A DNA stretch of 64,000 nucleotides, from positions 640,001 through 704,000 of the forward strand of contig OZ242383.1 of the NCBI GenBank assembly GCA_965209155.1. Direction: 5' to 3'. The notes under the pieces were generated by a model. It worked only from the letters and a program-made list of their open reading frames with translations. It did not search any database and was not told the DNA's origin. This document shows, piece after piece, positions 1 to 9,731 of the stretch; within the stretch, counting starts at the first letter, position 1; each line of letters opens with the position of its first letter. This DNA comes from a bacterium. Lineage in GTDB: Bacteria > SAR324 > NAC60-12. Position numbers and translations under genes: made by a program.

Positions 1-1
1 A

Positions 2-958
2 ACCGAACAACTTCCTCGATGGCACCGCCAGTATCTCTCCAAGAAAGGAGAATTGAATCAATTTTTCAAGAAGCTGGCTCAGGTGTCTCCTGGAGAAAGA
101 CCTGTGCTTGGAAAGATGGTGAATGAGGTTAAACAAATTCTCAGCGAGCAGTTTGAATCTCACCAGGAACAATTAGAGGAAGAAAAACTCGACCGCTCCC
201 TAGGCGATGAAATCGATATCACCCTGCCTGGCCGCCCTTATTTAAGAGGCCACCTGCACATCAGCACTCAAACCCTGCGGCGGATCTGTACGATTTTCGG
301 AGAAATGGGATTCCAGATTTACCAATCGCCGGAAGTGGAAACGGATGAAAACAATTTTCAACTGCTGAATATCCCTGCTTACCATCCGGCTCGTGATATG
401 TGGGATACGTTTTGGATCAATGATAAGGTGGTTTTGCGCACTCATACCTCTCCCGGACAAATCCGCGCTATGCGGGAATTCTATCCCGAACCCATTCGCA
501 TCATCCTGCCGGGTAAAGTATACCGCTATGAACAAATCACCCCGCGATCCGAACACCAATTCTACCAAATCGAAGGACTGGCGGTTGGGCGCAATATCAA
601 AATGACCGACTTGATCGGAGTGATGAGCGAATTTGCCCGTAAAATGCATGGTTCGGAACGGAAAATTCGCATTCGGGGCAGTTACTTTCCATTCACGGAA
701 CCCAGTATCGAGATCGATATGGACTGCATATTATGCAAAGGCAAAGGTTGCCGGGTTTGTAAGTACAGCAATTGGCTGGAAGTGGCAGGGGCGGGAATGG
801 TGCACCCCGTCGTTTTGAAAAATGGGGGCTACGATCCTGGAGAATGGAACGGATTTGCCTTCGGTTTGGGGCTGGAACGTCCGGTGATGCTGCAGCATGG
901 AATCAATGATATCCGCTATTTCTATGGAAATGATCTCAATTTTCTCAAACAATTTTAG
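2..958 (+). CDS. pheS: Phenylalanine--tRNA ligase alpha subunit (5' end outside window)
   Basis: Motifs HPARDMWDTF, LRTHTSPGQ, YFPFTEPS and GFAFGLGLER. The frame stays open back to base 2 (YLSKKGEL, typical of the PheS N-terminus). Confidence 0.97.
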   Translation, partial: TEQLPRWHRQYLSKKGELNQFFKKLAQVSPGERPVLGKMVNEVKQILSEQFESHQEQLEEEKLDRSLGDEIDITLPGRPYLRGHLHISTQTLRRICTIFGEMGFQIYQSPEVETDENNFQLLNIPAYHPARDMWDTFWINDKVVLRTHTSPGQIRAMREFYPEPIRIILPGKVYRYEQITPRSEHQFYQIEGLAVGRNIKMTDLIGVMSEFARKMHGSERKIRIRGSYFPFTEPSIEIDMDCILCKGKGCRVCKYSNWLEVAGAGMVHPVVLKNGGYDPGEWNGFAFGLGLERPVMLQHGINDIRYFYGNDLNFLKQF

Positions 959-970
959 TCGCTCCTCTCG

Positions 971-1387
971 ATGGCATTGACGGTTCACCTGCAAAGCTTC
1001 GGTTATCTCTTATCCGGAATCCCTGAAGATCCTGCAGACAATGGAGGAGGATTCGTTTTTGACTGCCGTGGATTGCCCAACCCGGGCAAAGAGGAACCAT
1101 TCCGCTACCTGAGTGGACTGGATCGTCCCGTTCAACAGTATTTCCGGCAATTCCCCGTTGTGAAACGTTTTGCCGATACCTGCGCGCTGTTGGTTGAACA
1201 AACCATCGAGCGTTACCTGAGAATGAATTTCACGGACCTGATGGTCTCCTTTGGATGCACGGGAGGTCAACATCGCTCCGTCTACCAATCTGAATTATTG
1301 GCACGGCGACTGGCACGGCATGACGATGTGGTGGTGGTGGTCACTCACACAGAAAAATCGCATTGGTTGCCTCCTGCTTCATTTTAA
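971..1387 (+). CDS. Stand-alone RapZ/YvcJ C-terminal-domain protein
   Basis: SFGY..GIP, FVFDCRGLPNP and VSFGCTGGQHRSV motifs. The N-terminal P-loop domain is absent. Confidence 0.8.
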   Translation: MALTVHLQSFGYLLSGIPEDPADNGGGFVFDCRGLPNPGKEEPFRYLSGLDRPVQQYFRQFPVVKRFADTCALLVEQTIERYLRMNFTDLMVSFGCTGGQHRSVYQSELLARRLARHDDVVVVVTHTEKSHWLPPASF

Positions 1388-1451
1388 TTTTGATTTTTTA
1401 AAGAACTTCGTCTAAATTTCGAATTGGAATTATATTTCGACTCCTCGAAAT

Positions 1452-1538
1452 GCCGAAGTGGCGGAATTGGTAGACGCGCTAGATTCAGGTTCTAGTGTCC
1501 GCGAGGATGTGGGTGTTCGAATCACCTCTTCGGCACCA
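1452..1538 (+). tRNA. tRNA-Leu(CAG)
   Basis: Cloverleaf with anticodon arm CTAGA-TT-CAG-GT-TCTAG, long variable arm, GTTCGAAT T-loop and CCA end. Confidence 0.95.
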
Positions 1539-1567
1539 TTCCCCCACTCGAAGATCCCTTTCTTTCC

Positions 1568-1640
<73 letters not shown>

Positions 1641-1660
1641 CCTTCTCCCTTGACTAATGA

Positions 1661-1885
1661 ACCCGAGTTCGAGATAAGCATTTAATCAATTCAATATGCT
1701 ATGGAATTTTCAAATCTTAGAGAAATCGTGTCATTCCTGGCTTGATCAGGAATCCAGAGGGAGGAAGCCAGTCTGAAATCCGGATTCCGGGTCTGCGCCT
1801 GGAATGACATGTACACCACTCTTCGCCCGGAATGACATATACACCAGGATTCTCCTATTATTGAAGATTTATGTCGAACTGAGGT
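1661..1885. mobile_element. Non-autonomous MITE (family A), complete copy with REP-like palindromes inside
   Basis: Termini ACCCGAGTTCGAGATAA and TTATGTCGAACTGAGGT are inverted repeats. TAATGA flanks both sides (1655-1660, 1886-1891). Homologous copy at 42071-42310. Confidence 0.85.
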
Positions 1886-3228
1886 TAATGACCTCTTGTG
1901 ATCCCATCTTCCTGTTTCAAATGCGTCTGGCAATACAGACAAATGGCCAGGATGAGCAAAACGGCCACTTGCACTTCTCCATCCAGGAAATTATTTTCAA
2001 AAAAACCGGCCACCAGAAATCCCAGGATACCTGCCGTTCCTCCCAGCAAAAGACTGGGGTAAAAAGTCCAATCACGGGTTTTCCGTAAGAGGGTCCAATT
2101 CTGTTTTAGAAGCAGGACCCAGATCAATAAATAGCTGAGCAATGCGAAAATACCTCCGCTGAGCCAGATTTCCAGGTAATTATTGTGTAAGTTCGATTCG
2201 AGACCGGTAATATAGCGATACCCGCTGCGTTTCGTGATGGTTTCTCGGTAGCGTGGCATCACCTCCGCCCTGTTGCCAGCCCCTATCCCCCACCAGGGAT
2301 GATCCCGGATTGCATCCCATCCTGCCTGCCAGATATGGAGTCGCTCCTGGTTGTGTATTGGCATGAATGCGCTGGCAAAGCGTTGCCAGAGCATACCCGT
2401 ATAGGAGTCGGCTTTTTGCGCACTTCTTCCAGTGAGCGTATAGCTGAACAGCATCAGGACGACTACGATACCGCCTGCCACTGCCAGGTAGAGAGGGATC
2501 CGGCGACCAAGACGAAAACTCAAAACACAGACGGCAAACGCAGCGCCAAGCCAGATGCTTCTCGAAAGGGAGAAAACGATCGCGGCCAACATGATCAAGG
2601 CAACCAGGGCATACCATTTTCTGGAACTTCCGGGCAATTCCGTGCAAAGAGCAAGGGCGGCGATCAAGGGGGTCAAAAGAAGCAGGTATCCCCCGTAGGT
2701 CAAAGCGTGGGTGAAATTCCCCCGGGCGCGAAATATAACCTTTGATCCGATTGCGTAAGAGGATTCCAATTGCTGGTCAGGGGGACGCAACCAATCCACT
2801 CCATTGAAAAACTGGATGATTCCGTAAAGGGCGATCAGACATAAAAGAACAGAAAAAAATTGAATCCAGTGGGATAATTTCAGGTGAGCGATACTCAAAC
2901 AGATCACGAAAGGCAAGAACAATCGCCAATTTTCCAAAAGGGCGACACCACTACCGTGCGCGTACGGGGAAAGTAATCCCGCCATCCCCGCGCAGACTAT
3001 AAAAAGCAGGACTGTCCTCCATAAAGCAACAGGCACGCGCCAATAGTGGCGATTCACCATCACGTTCAATAAACAGACTGCATAAAGGCAAACAATGGTT
3101 GCTTCGCTACCGGTTATGGAGAAAGTGCTGAAGAAAGCCAGGCAATAAAGCAGAACTCGCTGGCAGACAGGCGATTTTGTCACGATCGCCTGTCGGATTC
3201 GACCGCTGAGTAAAGGACTCATCGACAT
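1885..3228 (-). CDS. O-antigen ligase (WaaL/Wzy_C) family membrane protein
   Basis: Many TM segments, with RARGNF, SLSRSIW, ERLHIW...HPWWGIGAG and HNNYLE motifs. Confidence 0.85.
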   Translation of the reverse strand: MSMSPLLSGRIRQAIVTKSPVCQRVLLYCLAFFSTFSITGSEATIVCLYAVCLLNVMVNRHYWRVPVALWRTVLLFIVCAGMAGLLSPYAHGSGVALLENWRLFLPFVICLSIAHLKLSHWIQFFSVLLCLIALYGIIQFFNGVDWLRPPDQQLESSYAIGSKVIFRARGNFTHALTYGGYLLLLTPLIAALALCTELPGSSRKWYALVALIMLAAIVFSLSRSIWLGAAFAVCVLSFRLGRRIPLYLAVAGGIVVVLMLFSYTLTGRSAQKADSYTGMLWQRFASAFMPIHNQERLHIWQAGWDAIRDHPWWGIGAGNRAEVMPRYRETITKRSGYRYITGLESNLHNNYLEIWLSGGIFALLSYLLIWVLLLKQNWTLLRKTRDWTFYPSLLLGGTAGILGFLVAGFFENNFLDGEVQVAVLLILAICLYCQTHLKQEDGITRGH

Positions 3229-3259
3229 GAAACGAATGCTCTACCGTACACCCCACGGA

Positions 3260-3766
3260 TCAGCGGCGCCAGGTACAATCCTGGCGAAAACCTTCGGGAC
3301 ATGCCTCCAGGACTTCCCATCGTTTCCCGTCATCGGATGCGGTGTGTAAACACTTCAATAATACGAATTTCGTTTGGTTCGCCGTCTTCCTAGTCCCTTC
3401 GGCATAGGCGAAGGGTATGGTCAGAACAGCACCCACGGCAGCACCCAACAAAGCGCCTTCCACGGACGTCTTATCAAACTCGGGAGCGACTGCGGTTCCT
3501 ACGACGGCTCCAGCTGTGGCAGCTTCCGTTACTCCCGTAATGGTTTGCAGTTCCCCTTCCTGAGCGGCCGTGGTTTGACGATTTGCGGCAGCTTGCCGGC
3601 AAACCGCCAAGGCCCTCGCGTAATATCCCTCTTGGCCTTCAAATACCAACACGGCGGGTTGATACTGACCTGCGCCCAAACCCGTCACATTCACCGTTCC
3701 CGACTGCTGTGCGCCACATCCCACCAGAACGAGCGATACGGCAAGGCTCCATAAATAATTTTTCAT
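3260..3766 (-). CDS. Putative lipoprotein with glycine-zipper-like segment
   Basis: Signal peptide with lipobox LVGC, GGAG RBS before MKNYLW, and GAVVGTAV/GALLGAAVGA repeats. Confidence 0.65.
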   Translation of the reverse strand: MKNYLWSLAVSLVLVGCGAQQSGTVNVTGLGAGQYQPAVLVFEGQEGYYARALAVCRQAAANRQTTAAQEGELQTITGVTEAATAGAVVGTAVAPEFDKTSVEGALLGAAVGAVLTIPFAYAEGTRKTANQTKFVLLKCLHTASDDGKRWEVLEACPEGFRQDCTWRR

Positions 3767-3853
3767 AGTTTCTCCTAATGACAATTGTTCACTGATCGGG
3801 TTTCAGATTCTAACACGTGAGCGCACGCTTGCCAACATGAAAATTCATCACTG

Positions 3854-3940
3854 ACGTGAATCAGGAATTAAAATACGTGTCATTCCTGGCTTGACCAGGA
3901 ATCCAGGGGATACGGGCGATATTTTGGATGCCGGATCAAG
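3854..3940 (+). repeat. Family B element end (ACGTGAATCAGG...) plus GTCATTCC palindrome
   Basis: Near-identical to the reverse complement of 52285-52370; overlaps the fusA stop codon. Confidence 0.8.
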
Positions 3941-6125
3941 CCTCTTCTTTCGATTTTTCAGTTCGTTCCGTGATCACTTTTTCCTGCAGGTAAGAAGGCA
4001 TTTCCGCGTATTTTTCGAATTCCATGCTAAAAGTGGCTTTTCCCGCGCTCATGGAGCGTAGTTCGGTAGCGTATCCGAACATATCCGAAAGAGGCACTCC
4101 TGCACGGATAACCGTCGTCTCGTCACCGGCTTCCGATGCATAGATCACTCCCCTCCTGGAACTCAAATCCCCGATCACCGTGCCCTGGTATTCGGCTGGA
4201 GTTTCCACTTCGACTTTCATCACCGGTTCCAAAAGAACCGGATTCGCTTTGGATATGGCTTGTTTCATCGCCTCCCGGCAAGCCAGGCGATAAGCCAGGT
4301 CACTGGAATCGACGTCATGGTATTTCCCGTCGGCCAGGGTCACCTTGATGCCGGTGACGGGAAATGCTGCCAGCGGGCCTTTTTCCATCACATCCTGAAA
4401 CCCTTTTTCGCACGCGGGAATATGAACGCCGGGAATCGCGCCGGCAAAAATATCGTTGACGAATTCAAATTCGTTTTCGACTCCTGCCGGCAAAGGCTCG
4501 ATCATGCCACTGACCCCTGCGAACTGACCTGCCCCGCCCGTTTGCTTCTTATGCAGGTAATCGAACTCCGCGGGTCGGCTGATCGCCTCCCGGTAATTGA
4601 CTTGAGGAGCCCCAACCGTGACCTCGACTTTGTATTCGCGCTGAATCCGTTCCAGGTAAATTTCCAGGTGCAACTCTCCCATCCCCGAGATGTGGGTTTC
4701 TCCTGATTCCGCATCCACCCTCACTTTGAAGGTGGGATCTTCGCGCATGAATCGTCCCAGGGCCTTGCTCAACTTCATTTGAGACTCATTGTCTCGAGTA
4801 TCCACTGCCAGGGAAATGACCGGTTCGGAGACATGCATGGATTCACACACCACGTGAATTCCGGAACCGCAAAATGTGTCTCCGGAAGCGCACTCGATGC
4901 CGATCATGGCCACGATGTCACCTGCTGGCGCGCTGTCGATATTTTGCCGGTCATTGGCATGCATGCGCACCATACGCCCGACGCGTATCTTCCTGCCGGT
5001 ACGTACGTTCACGATTTGGTCGCCTTTACGCAAAGTGCCCTGGTAAATCCTCGTATAAGTCAGTTGGCCGAATTGCTCTTCCGTCAGCTTGAATGCTATT
5101 GCCACCAAGGGTAAACGTGGGTCGGGCAACAACCCAAGGCTTTGATTTTCATCCGCAGGAATCTTTCCCGATGTCGGTTCCGCTTCCAGGGGAGACGGCA
5201 AGTAGCGACACACCGCGTCCAAAACCAATTGGACTCCTTTGTTCCTGAACGCCGAACCCACATAGACCGGACAGAGTTGCAGCGACTGCACTCCTTTTCT
5301 GATTGCGGCGTGGATCGCTTCTTCGCAGATTTCTTTTTCTTCCAGCCAATCCTCCATCAGTTGGTCGTCGAACATGGAAACCGCTTCCAGCATCTCGCTC
5401 CGCTTCTCCCCGGCTCTCTCCATCAAGTCTGCCGGAATCGCTCCCAGTCGCAATTTTTCTCCCCGGGTTCCTTCAAAATAAATGGCATTCATGGAAACCA
5501 GGTCCACCACCCCTCGATGTTCCTCCTCCAGACCTATGGGAATCTGCATAGCCACCGCATTCAATTGCAGGATCTCGCAAAGGTCTTCGATCACCCGTTC
5601 GGGATCAGCGCCCCGGCGGTCCAATTTGTTGATGAAAGCAAGCCGGGGCACCCGGTAGCGCTTCATCTGGCGGTCCACCGTGATCGATTGCGATTGTACT
5701 CCCGCCACCCCGCAAAGCACCATGATCGCTCCGTCCAACACTCGTAAGGAACGCTCCACTTCCACTGTGAAGTCCACGTGTCCCGGCGTGTCGATGATGT
5801 TGACGTTGTGTCCTTTCCAGAAAACGGTGGTGGCAGCGGAGGTGATGGTGATCCCCTTCTCCTTCTCCAAATCCATATGATCCATCGTAGCGCCGGTTCC
5901 TCCACCACGCACTTCCCCGATCTTGTGAATTTTCCCCGCATAATACAAAATGCGCTCGGTCAAAGTGGTCTTGCCACTGTCGATGTGGGCGGATATGCCG
6001 ATGTTTTTCATCCGTCCCGTGATTTTTTGCGGATTTTCGTTGGACGGAAGAATTTCACTCTTCGATCTCTCATTGCCGTGTTGAATATAAGATCGGGAAA
6101 GAATTGCCTCTACTTGATTTTCCAT
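3936..6125 (-). CDS. fusA: Elongation factor G, stand-alone copy (start may be nearer 6011)
   Basis: [53 protein letters not shown] and HDVDSS motifs. Not adjacent to rpsL/rpsG/tuf. Confidence 0.93.
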   Translation of the reverse strand: MENQVEAILSRSYIQHGNERSKSEILPSNENPQKITGRMKNIGISAHIDSGKTTLTERILYYAGKIHKIGEVRGGGTGATMDHMDLEKEKGITITSAATTVFWKGHNVNIIDTPGHVDFTVEVERSLRVLDGAIMVLCGVAGVQSQSITVDRQMKRYRVPRLAFINKLDRRGADPERVIEDLCEILQLNAVAMQIPIGLEEEHRGVVDLVSMNAIYFEGTRGEKLRLGAIPADLMERAGEKRSEMLEAVSMFDDQLMEDWLEEKEICEEAIHAAIRKGVQSLQLCPVYVGSAFRNKGVQLVLDAVCRYLPSPLEAEPTSGKIPADENQSLGLLPDPRLPLVAIAFKLTEEQFGQLTYTRIYQGTLRKGDQIVNVRTGRKIRVGRMVRMHANDRQNIDSAPAGDIVAMIGIECASGDTFCGSGIHVVCESMHVSEPVISLAVDTRDNESQMKLSKALGRFMREDPTFKVRVDAESGETHISGMGELHLEIYLERIQREYKVEVTVGAPQVNYREAISRPAEFDYLHKKQTGGAGQFAGVSGMIEPLPAGVENEFEFVNDIFAGAIPGVHIPACEKGFQDVMEKGPLAAFPVTGIKVTLADGKYHDVDSSDLAYRLACREAMKQAISKANPVLLEPVMKVEVETPAEYQGTVIGDLSSRRGVIYASEAGDETTVIRAGVPLSDMFGYATELRSMSAGKATFSMEFEKYAEMPSYLQEKVITERTEKSKEEA

Positions 6126-6200
6126 GCTTTTTTGCTCTTGATTATGCGAATCAGAAGTTGAAATTTAATTTATAAAATCAATACTTTAATATTTATGATT

Positions 6201-6405
6201 TGTCATCCTGGTACCGGATCCCCCTGGATTCCTGCTCAAGCCAGGAAGGACACAATGATTGGTCTTCCTGGTCCCAGATCATTCTGGTACCGGATCAGGT
6301 CCGGGATAGTCCGGTATCCGGGTTTCGCGTTGGATTACAGCCTCCGCATATCACTGGATTCCTGCTCAAGCCAAGAAGGACACCTTTTTAACTCCTGATT
6401 CACGT
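6201..6405 (-). repeat. Cluster of palindromic repeats ending in a family B terminus
   Basis: Two CTGGATTCCTGCTCAAGCCA(G/A)GAAGGACAC units, a CCGGATCAGGTCCGG unit, and terminal AACTCCTGATTCACGT. Confidence 0.8.
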
Positions 6406-6725
6406 TCATGATTTACAATGTCGAATGTTATTGACCTGGCAGTCACACTCATCGCGAGGGAGTCGGACGGTTCCTGTAGCGCAGTCAGCTGGTGGGTCTC
6501 ACGCCTGCGTATTCCTCTTCACCGATAATTGAGTTGCTTCACTCAACGAAAAAAGGTAAACTTTATTTTATCTCTTAAAATCCTGAGCTTTGCAAGCTTT
6601 TTCTCATAGTATGATGCAATTCTTCCAGGAGCTCCCCACCTGCAATGGTTTACCGGGTCGTACGCCGGGAGTAAACCAAACTGCAGGGAGAGATCTTCGA
6701 GAAAGGGAGATCGGAGGAACGGATC

Positions 6726-7089
6726 ACGGAGCCTGTCACATAGTCGCTGGTGATAAAATCGCCGGAGGAAAGTCCGGGCAACAGAGGGCAGGATGCTGGT
6801 TAACGACCAGGCAGCGTGAGCTGACGGAAAGTGCAACAGAAAACAAACCGCCGATGGCTGGTAACAGCACAGGCAAGGGTGAAAAGGCAGGGTAAGAGCC
6901 TACCACGGCTTTGGTGACAGGGCCGGTAATGAAAACCCCATCCGTTGCAAGTCCAAATAGAACCGTGTCGAAGATGGCCCGTCAAGCGGTTGGGTAGGAC
7001 GCTAGAGGTTTCTGGCAACAGGAATCCCAGATAAATGACTATGGCTTGCCGCCAGGCAGGAACAGAACCCGGCTTATTACAGGCTCCGT
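6726..7089 (+). ncRNA. rnpB: RNase P RNA (class A)
   Basis: GAGGAAAGTCCGGGC, GGAAAGTGCAACAGAAA, GGTAAGAGC, AGATAAATGA and ACAGAACCCGGCTTA blocks. P1 stem ACGGAGCCTGT/ACAGGCTCCGT. Confidence 0.96.
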
Positions 7090-7135
7090 CCATCAGGCAT
7101 GGCAATCGCGCTTCTTTGCCGCAATTGCCGGAAAT

Positions 7136-8692
7136 TCAAGAACGTGGTACGGCTTTCAAGGCAAGAAACGAGGCCGGGGAATTGTTTCTCAGGGCGTATT
7201 TTTGGAGGGATGCGGGTAAAAGCAAACCTTTTGCCGCATGCAGAATTTCATTTCGTCCTGATTGGCTTTCTTTTGAAGTGGCTATCCTGTTACCAGAATG
7301 CAGCAATTCACCTTCTCCTTCGACTCCAACCCATAAATGATAATCGTCGCCTGTATCGTCGGAATATTCGCCACCCGGCCGGATGAGGATCCGTTCCACT
7401 GAAAAATCCGGAAAATCCACTATCCGCTCTTTTTGCCACTCTTCCGTTTTTTCCAAATCCTGCAAAGCAGGGCATTGATAGACTTCAGGCTTCAACAACG
7501 AAAGCGCTTTTTCCGTATCCCAATGATCCTGGGTGAGCACTTTCTGCCCGGACATCAGTATCAGCCTTTCATAGTGAGGCGTTTGAAATTCAATGACGCG
7601 AATTCCATGCTGCAAGCTATGCACGTGGTAAGGGGGAAAGGTAATGAGGTCTCCCGTTCTCACCGGGTGATCTCCCACGTAATGATACAGCTCTTCACGA
7701 AGTCTTTTTTCTTCATTTTGCAATGAAAACGGGACTTTTTTCAGAAATTGCGAAGCGCTCTCGGGAGGTAAAGGAAGAGAAGGGTCGCAGTGAGTTTCTT
7801 TTTTCATTTCATCCAGCAAGCGGTCGATTCGGCGACGGGTCTTTTCGTATGCGGCAATCGACCTTTCAAAATCCTTCAGGTAGGGGGCGAGCCAGTTTTT
7901 TCCACGACTTTGCCGGTACGATTTCACTTTCTGCGGATGCAATCCTGCTTTGATGATGCCAACTCCCGAAGGCCAGGCAAGCGGATCGACCTTCGTCACC
8001 AGGTACACCTCCCATTTTTTTTCATGCATTTCCAGGTAGAGGTCTCCCAAGGACTTGTGAGGCGCAGGATTCAATGATTTCAGCAATATCAGTTGCTCCG
8101 CATGTTTCCGCAAGTAGCGCTGACGAAAGAGGGACAAGGCGTAAGGCAATTCACTGGAACCTTCGATGGTTTTTATACGAGCCACACCCCTTTTCTCGAC
8201 CCCCGTGTACCATTCTTCATATCCCCAAGGTTTGGGGATATGCGCTGTTTGCAAGGAAAGTGGTTGCGCAGAACTCAACAGCGCCGCTCGATGATGAATT
8301 GCAATTGCTTGCATGGGCGCCCTCATGTTTTTCTGCAACATTTGCGCGATTTCGCTTGCGGATTGAAACGAGTCTTTCCAGACGCAACCCTCGATCAGGG
8401 GCGAATCCCTGTGAAAAGACAAGAGTTCCTGGAATTCTTGCCGGACAACCGGTTCTCGCCACCATTCCTCCCGGCTGCGTCCGAAGAGCAGAAAGAACTG
8501 CGCAATGGCGTGGTTTCGCATCCACTCGCGAATGAAGGGAGCAAACGAAGCGCCTTCTGTTTTTACCGCCTCTTCCTCCCCTTTGAGATCCATTTCGAGG
8601 AATGCGAAGTCAGTGCTCATCTGACGTGGAGAGCCCGGCTGAATCCGTTGCCGGTGCGCGTTCCAGAGCGCGGTTACGAATGGGTCGGGCAT
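7136..8692 (-). CDS. Hypothetical protein with C-terminal cupin / type I phosphomannose-isomerase-like domain
   Basis: PKPWGYEEWY, LILLKSL, EMHEKKWEVY and HVHSLQHGIRVIEFQTP resemble the PMI-type cupin layout. Confidence 0.55.
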   Translation of the reverse strand: MPDPFVTALWNAHRQRIQPGSPRQMSTDFAFLEMDLKGEEEAVKTEGASFAPFIREWMRNHAIAQFFLLFGRSREEWWREPVVRQEFQELLSFHRDSPLIEGCVWKDSFQSASEIAQMLQKNMRAPMQAIAIHHRAALLSSAQPLSLQTAHIPKPWGYEEWYTGVEKRGVARIKTIEGSSELPYALSLFRQRYLRKHAEQLILLKSLNPAPHKSLGDLYLEMHEKKWEVYLVTKVDPLAWPSGVGIIKAGLHPQKVKSYRQSRGKNWLAPYLKDFERSIAAYEKTRRRIDRLLDEMKKETHCDPSLPLPPESASQFLKKVPFSLQNEEKRLREELYHYVGDHPVRTGDLITFPPYHVHSLQHGIRVIEFQTPHYERLILMSGQKVLTQDHWDTEKALSLLKPEVYQCPALQDLEKTEEWQKERIVDFPDFSVERILIRPGGEYSDDTGDDYHLWVGVEGEGELLHSGNRIATSKESQSGRNEILHAAKGLLLPASLQKYALRNNSPASFLALKAVPRS

Positions 8693-8742
8693 GGTTCGAT
8701 CGCCTCTTTTAAGAAAAAATAGTGCTGCAACGAGCGGGTTGT

Positions 8743-9729
8743 TTAAAACAAATCGGGCTCGAGAGTATAGTTTCGCAACGCATGCGCGGTTCTTGAAGAC
8801 AGGGGAGACAAAAAGTAAGACAAGGTCGCTACTTCATTGCCGGGAAGGGCGTACCGGGAAACGAACTCCAGCGAAACGTTGCGCGAGTGAGGTCCCGGCT
8901 TTTCTTTCAACCGCCTGTGGTTTTCGATAGGCTCTTCAGCCTGAACAGCCACGCTGCCCATATCTTGCAAGGCCACCCGACTCAGGATTTGCCGGGACGC
9001 GGATTCATTGGGATTCAAAATCCGCACGCGACGTCCCAATACCTGAAAAGCCTTTTCAAACAATTTTACCCGGAAGCCATAGTGGGTACACCCCAAAAAT
9101 GCGTGAAGATCGGTGAATGCATCCGGCATTCGCGACAACGCTTTTTCGACAAAGCGCGAGATAGCCTGGTAGACCTCTTTTCCCTGAAGGTCATTGGATA
9201 TCAGGGTGGCCACCCCCGGAAGCGCTTGAGCGACGATACGATGTCGGGAAATGCCGGCTTTCTCCAGTTGACCGGAATAAATTGATTCTTCGATGGTGGT
9301 TTCTGCCGCGAAAACTATGACTGCGGATGAAGGATTGCGGGCAAGGTGTTGCGTAATCTGGGCCATTCCCAGAGGAACCATTCCAGCCAGTCTCTCGCCC
9401 AACCCCCGGGATTGCTTCTCCCGGAAAAAAGACGTTTCGTCCAGCAAGACGGAAAGGGTGTGGCATGCGATGAAAATGAAATCGCTTTGATAGCATTTCT
9501 CGATTCCCGAGAGGACTTTGTCGAAAAAAAAGATTTTTTGTTCCCTGCTTTCCATTTGATTGAACCCCCAATCATTTTCAGGAGCCGCATTGATATATTT
9601 GATTTCTATGGAAGTGACGTCCTGGTCGTTGCGCTGTATCGCGTGGACCGGGCCATCAAAAAGACCCTGGACCAGCAAGGCGCAGATGGACAGCCCCCCC
9701 AAACCGGAATCGACAATGGCGATTTTCAT
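8743..9729 (-). CDS. murI: Glutamate racemase-like (Asp/Glu racemase family)
   Basis: DSGLGGLS, IACHT and LGCTHY catalytic cysteine motifs. Confidence 0.75.
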   Translation of the reverse strand: MKIAIVDSGLGGLSICALLVQGLFDGPVHAIQRNDQDVTSIEIKYINAAPENDWGFNQMESREQKIFFFDKVLSGIEKCYQSDFIFIACHTLSVLLDETSFFREKQSRGLGERLAGMVPLGMAQITQHLARNPSSAVIVFAAETTIEESIYSGQLEKAGISRHRIVAQALPGVATLISNDLQGKEVYQAISRFVEKALSRMPDAFTDLHAFLGCTHYGFRVKLFEKAFQVLGRRVRILNPNESASRQILSRVALQDMGSVAVQAEEPIENHRRLKEKPGPHSRNVSLEFVSRYALPGNEVATLSYFLSPLSSRTAHALRNYTLEPDLF

Positions 9730-9731
9730 TT

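Noticed and set aside
6543..7105. ORFs overlapping rnpB (likewise those over tRNAs, tmRNA and repeats)
   Set aside because: Explained by the RNA genes or repeats, apart from the tmRNA tag frame.
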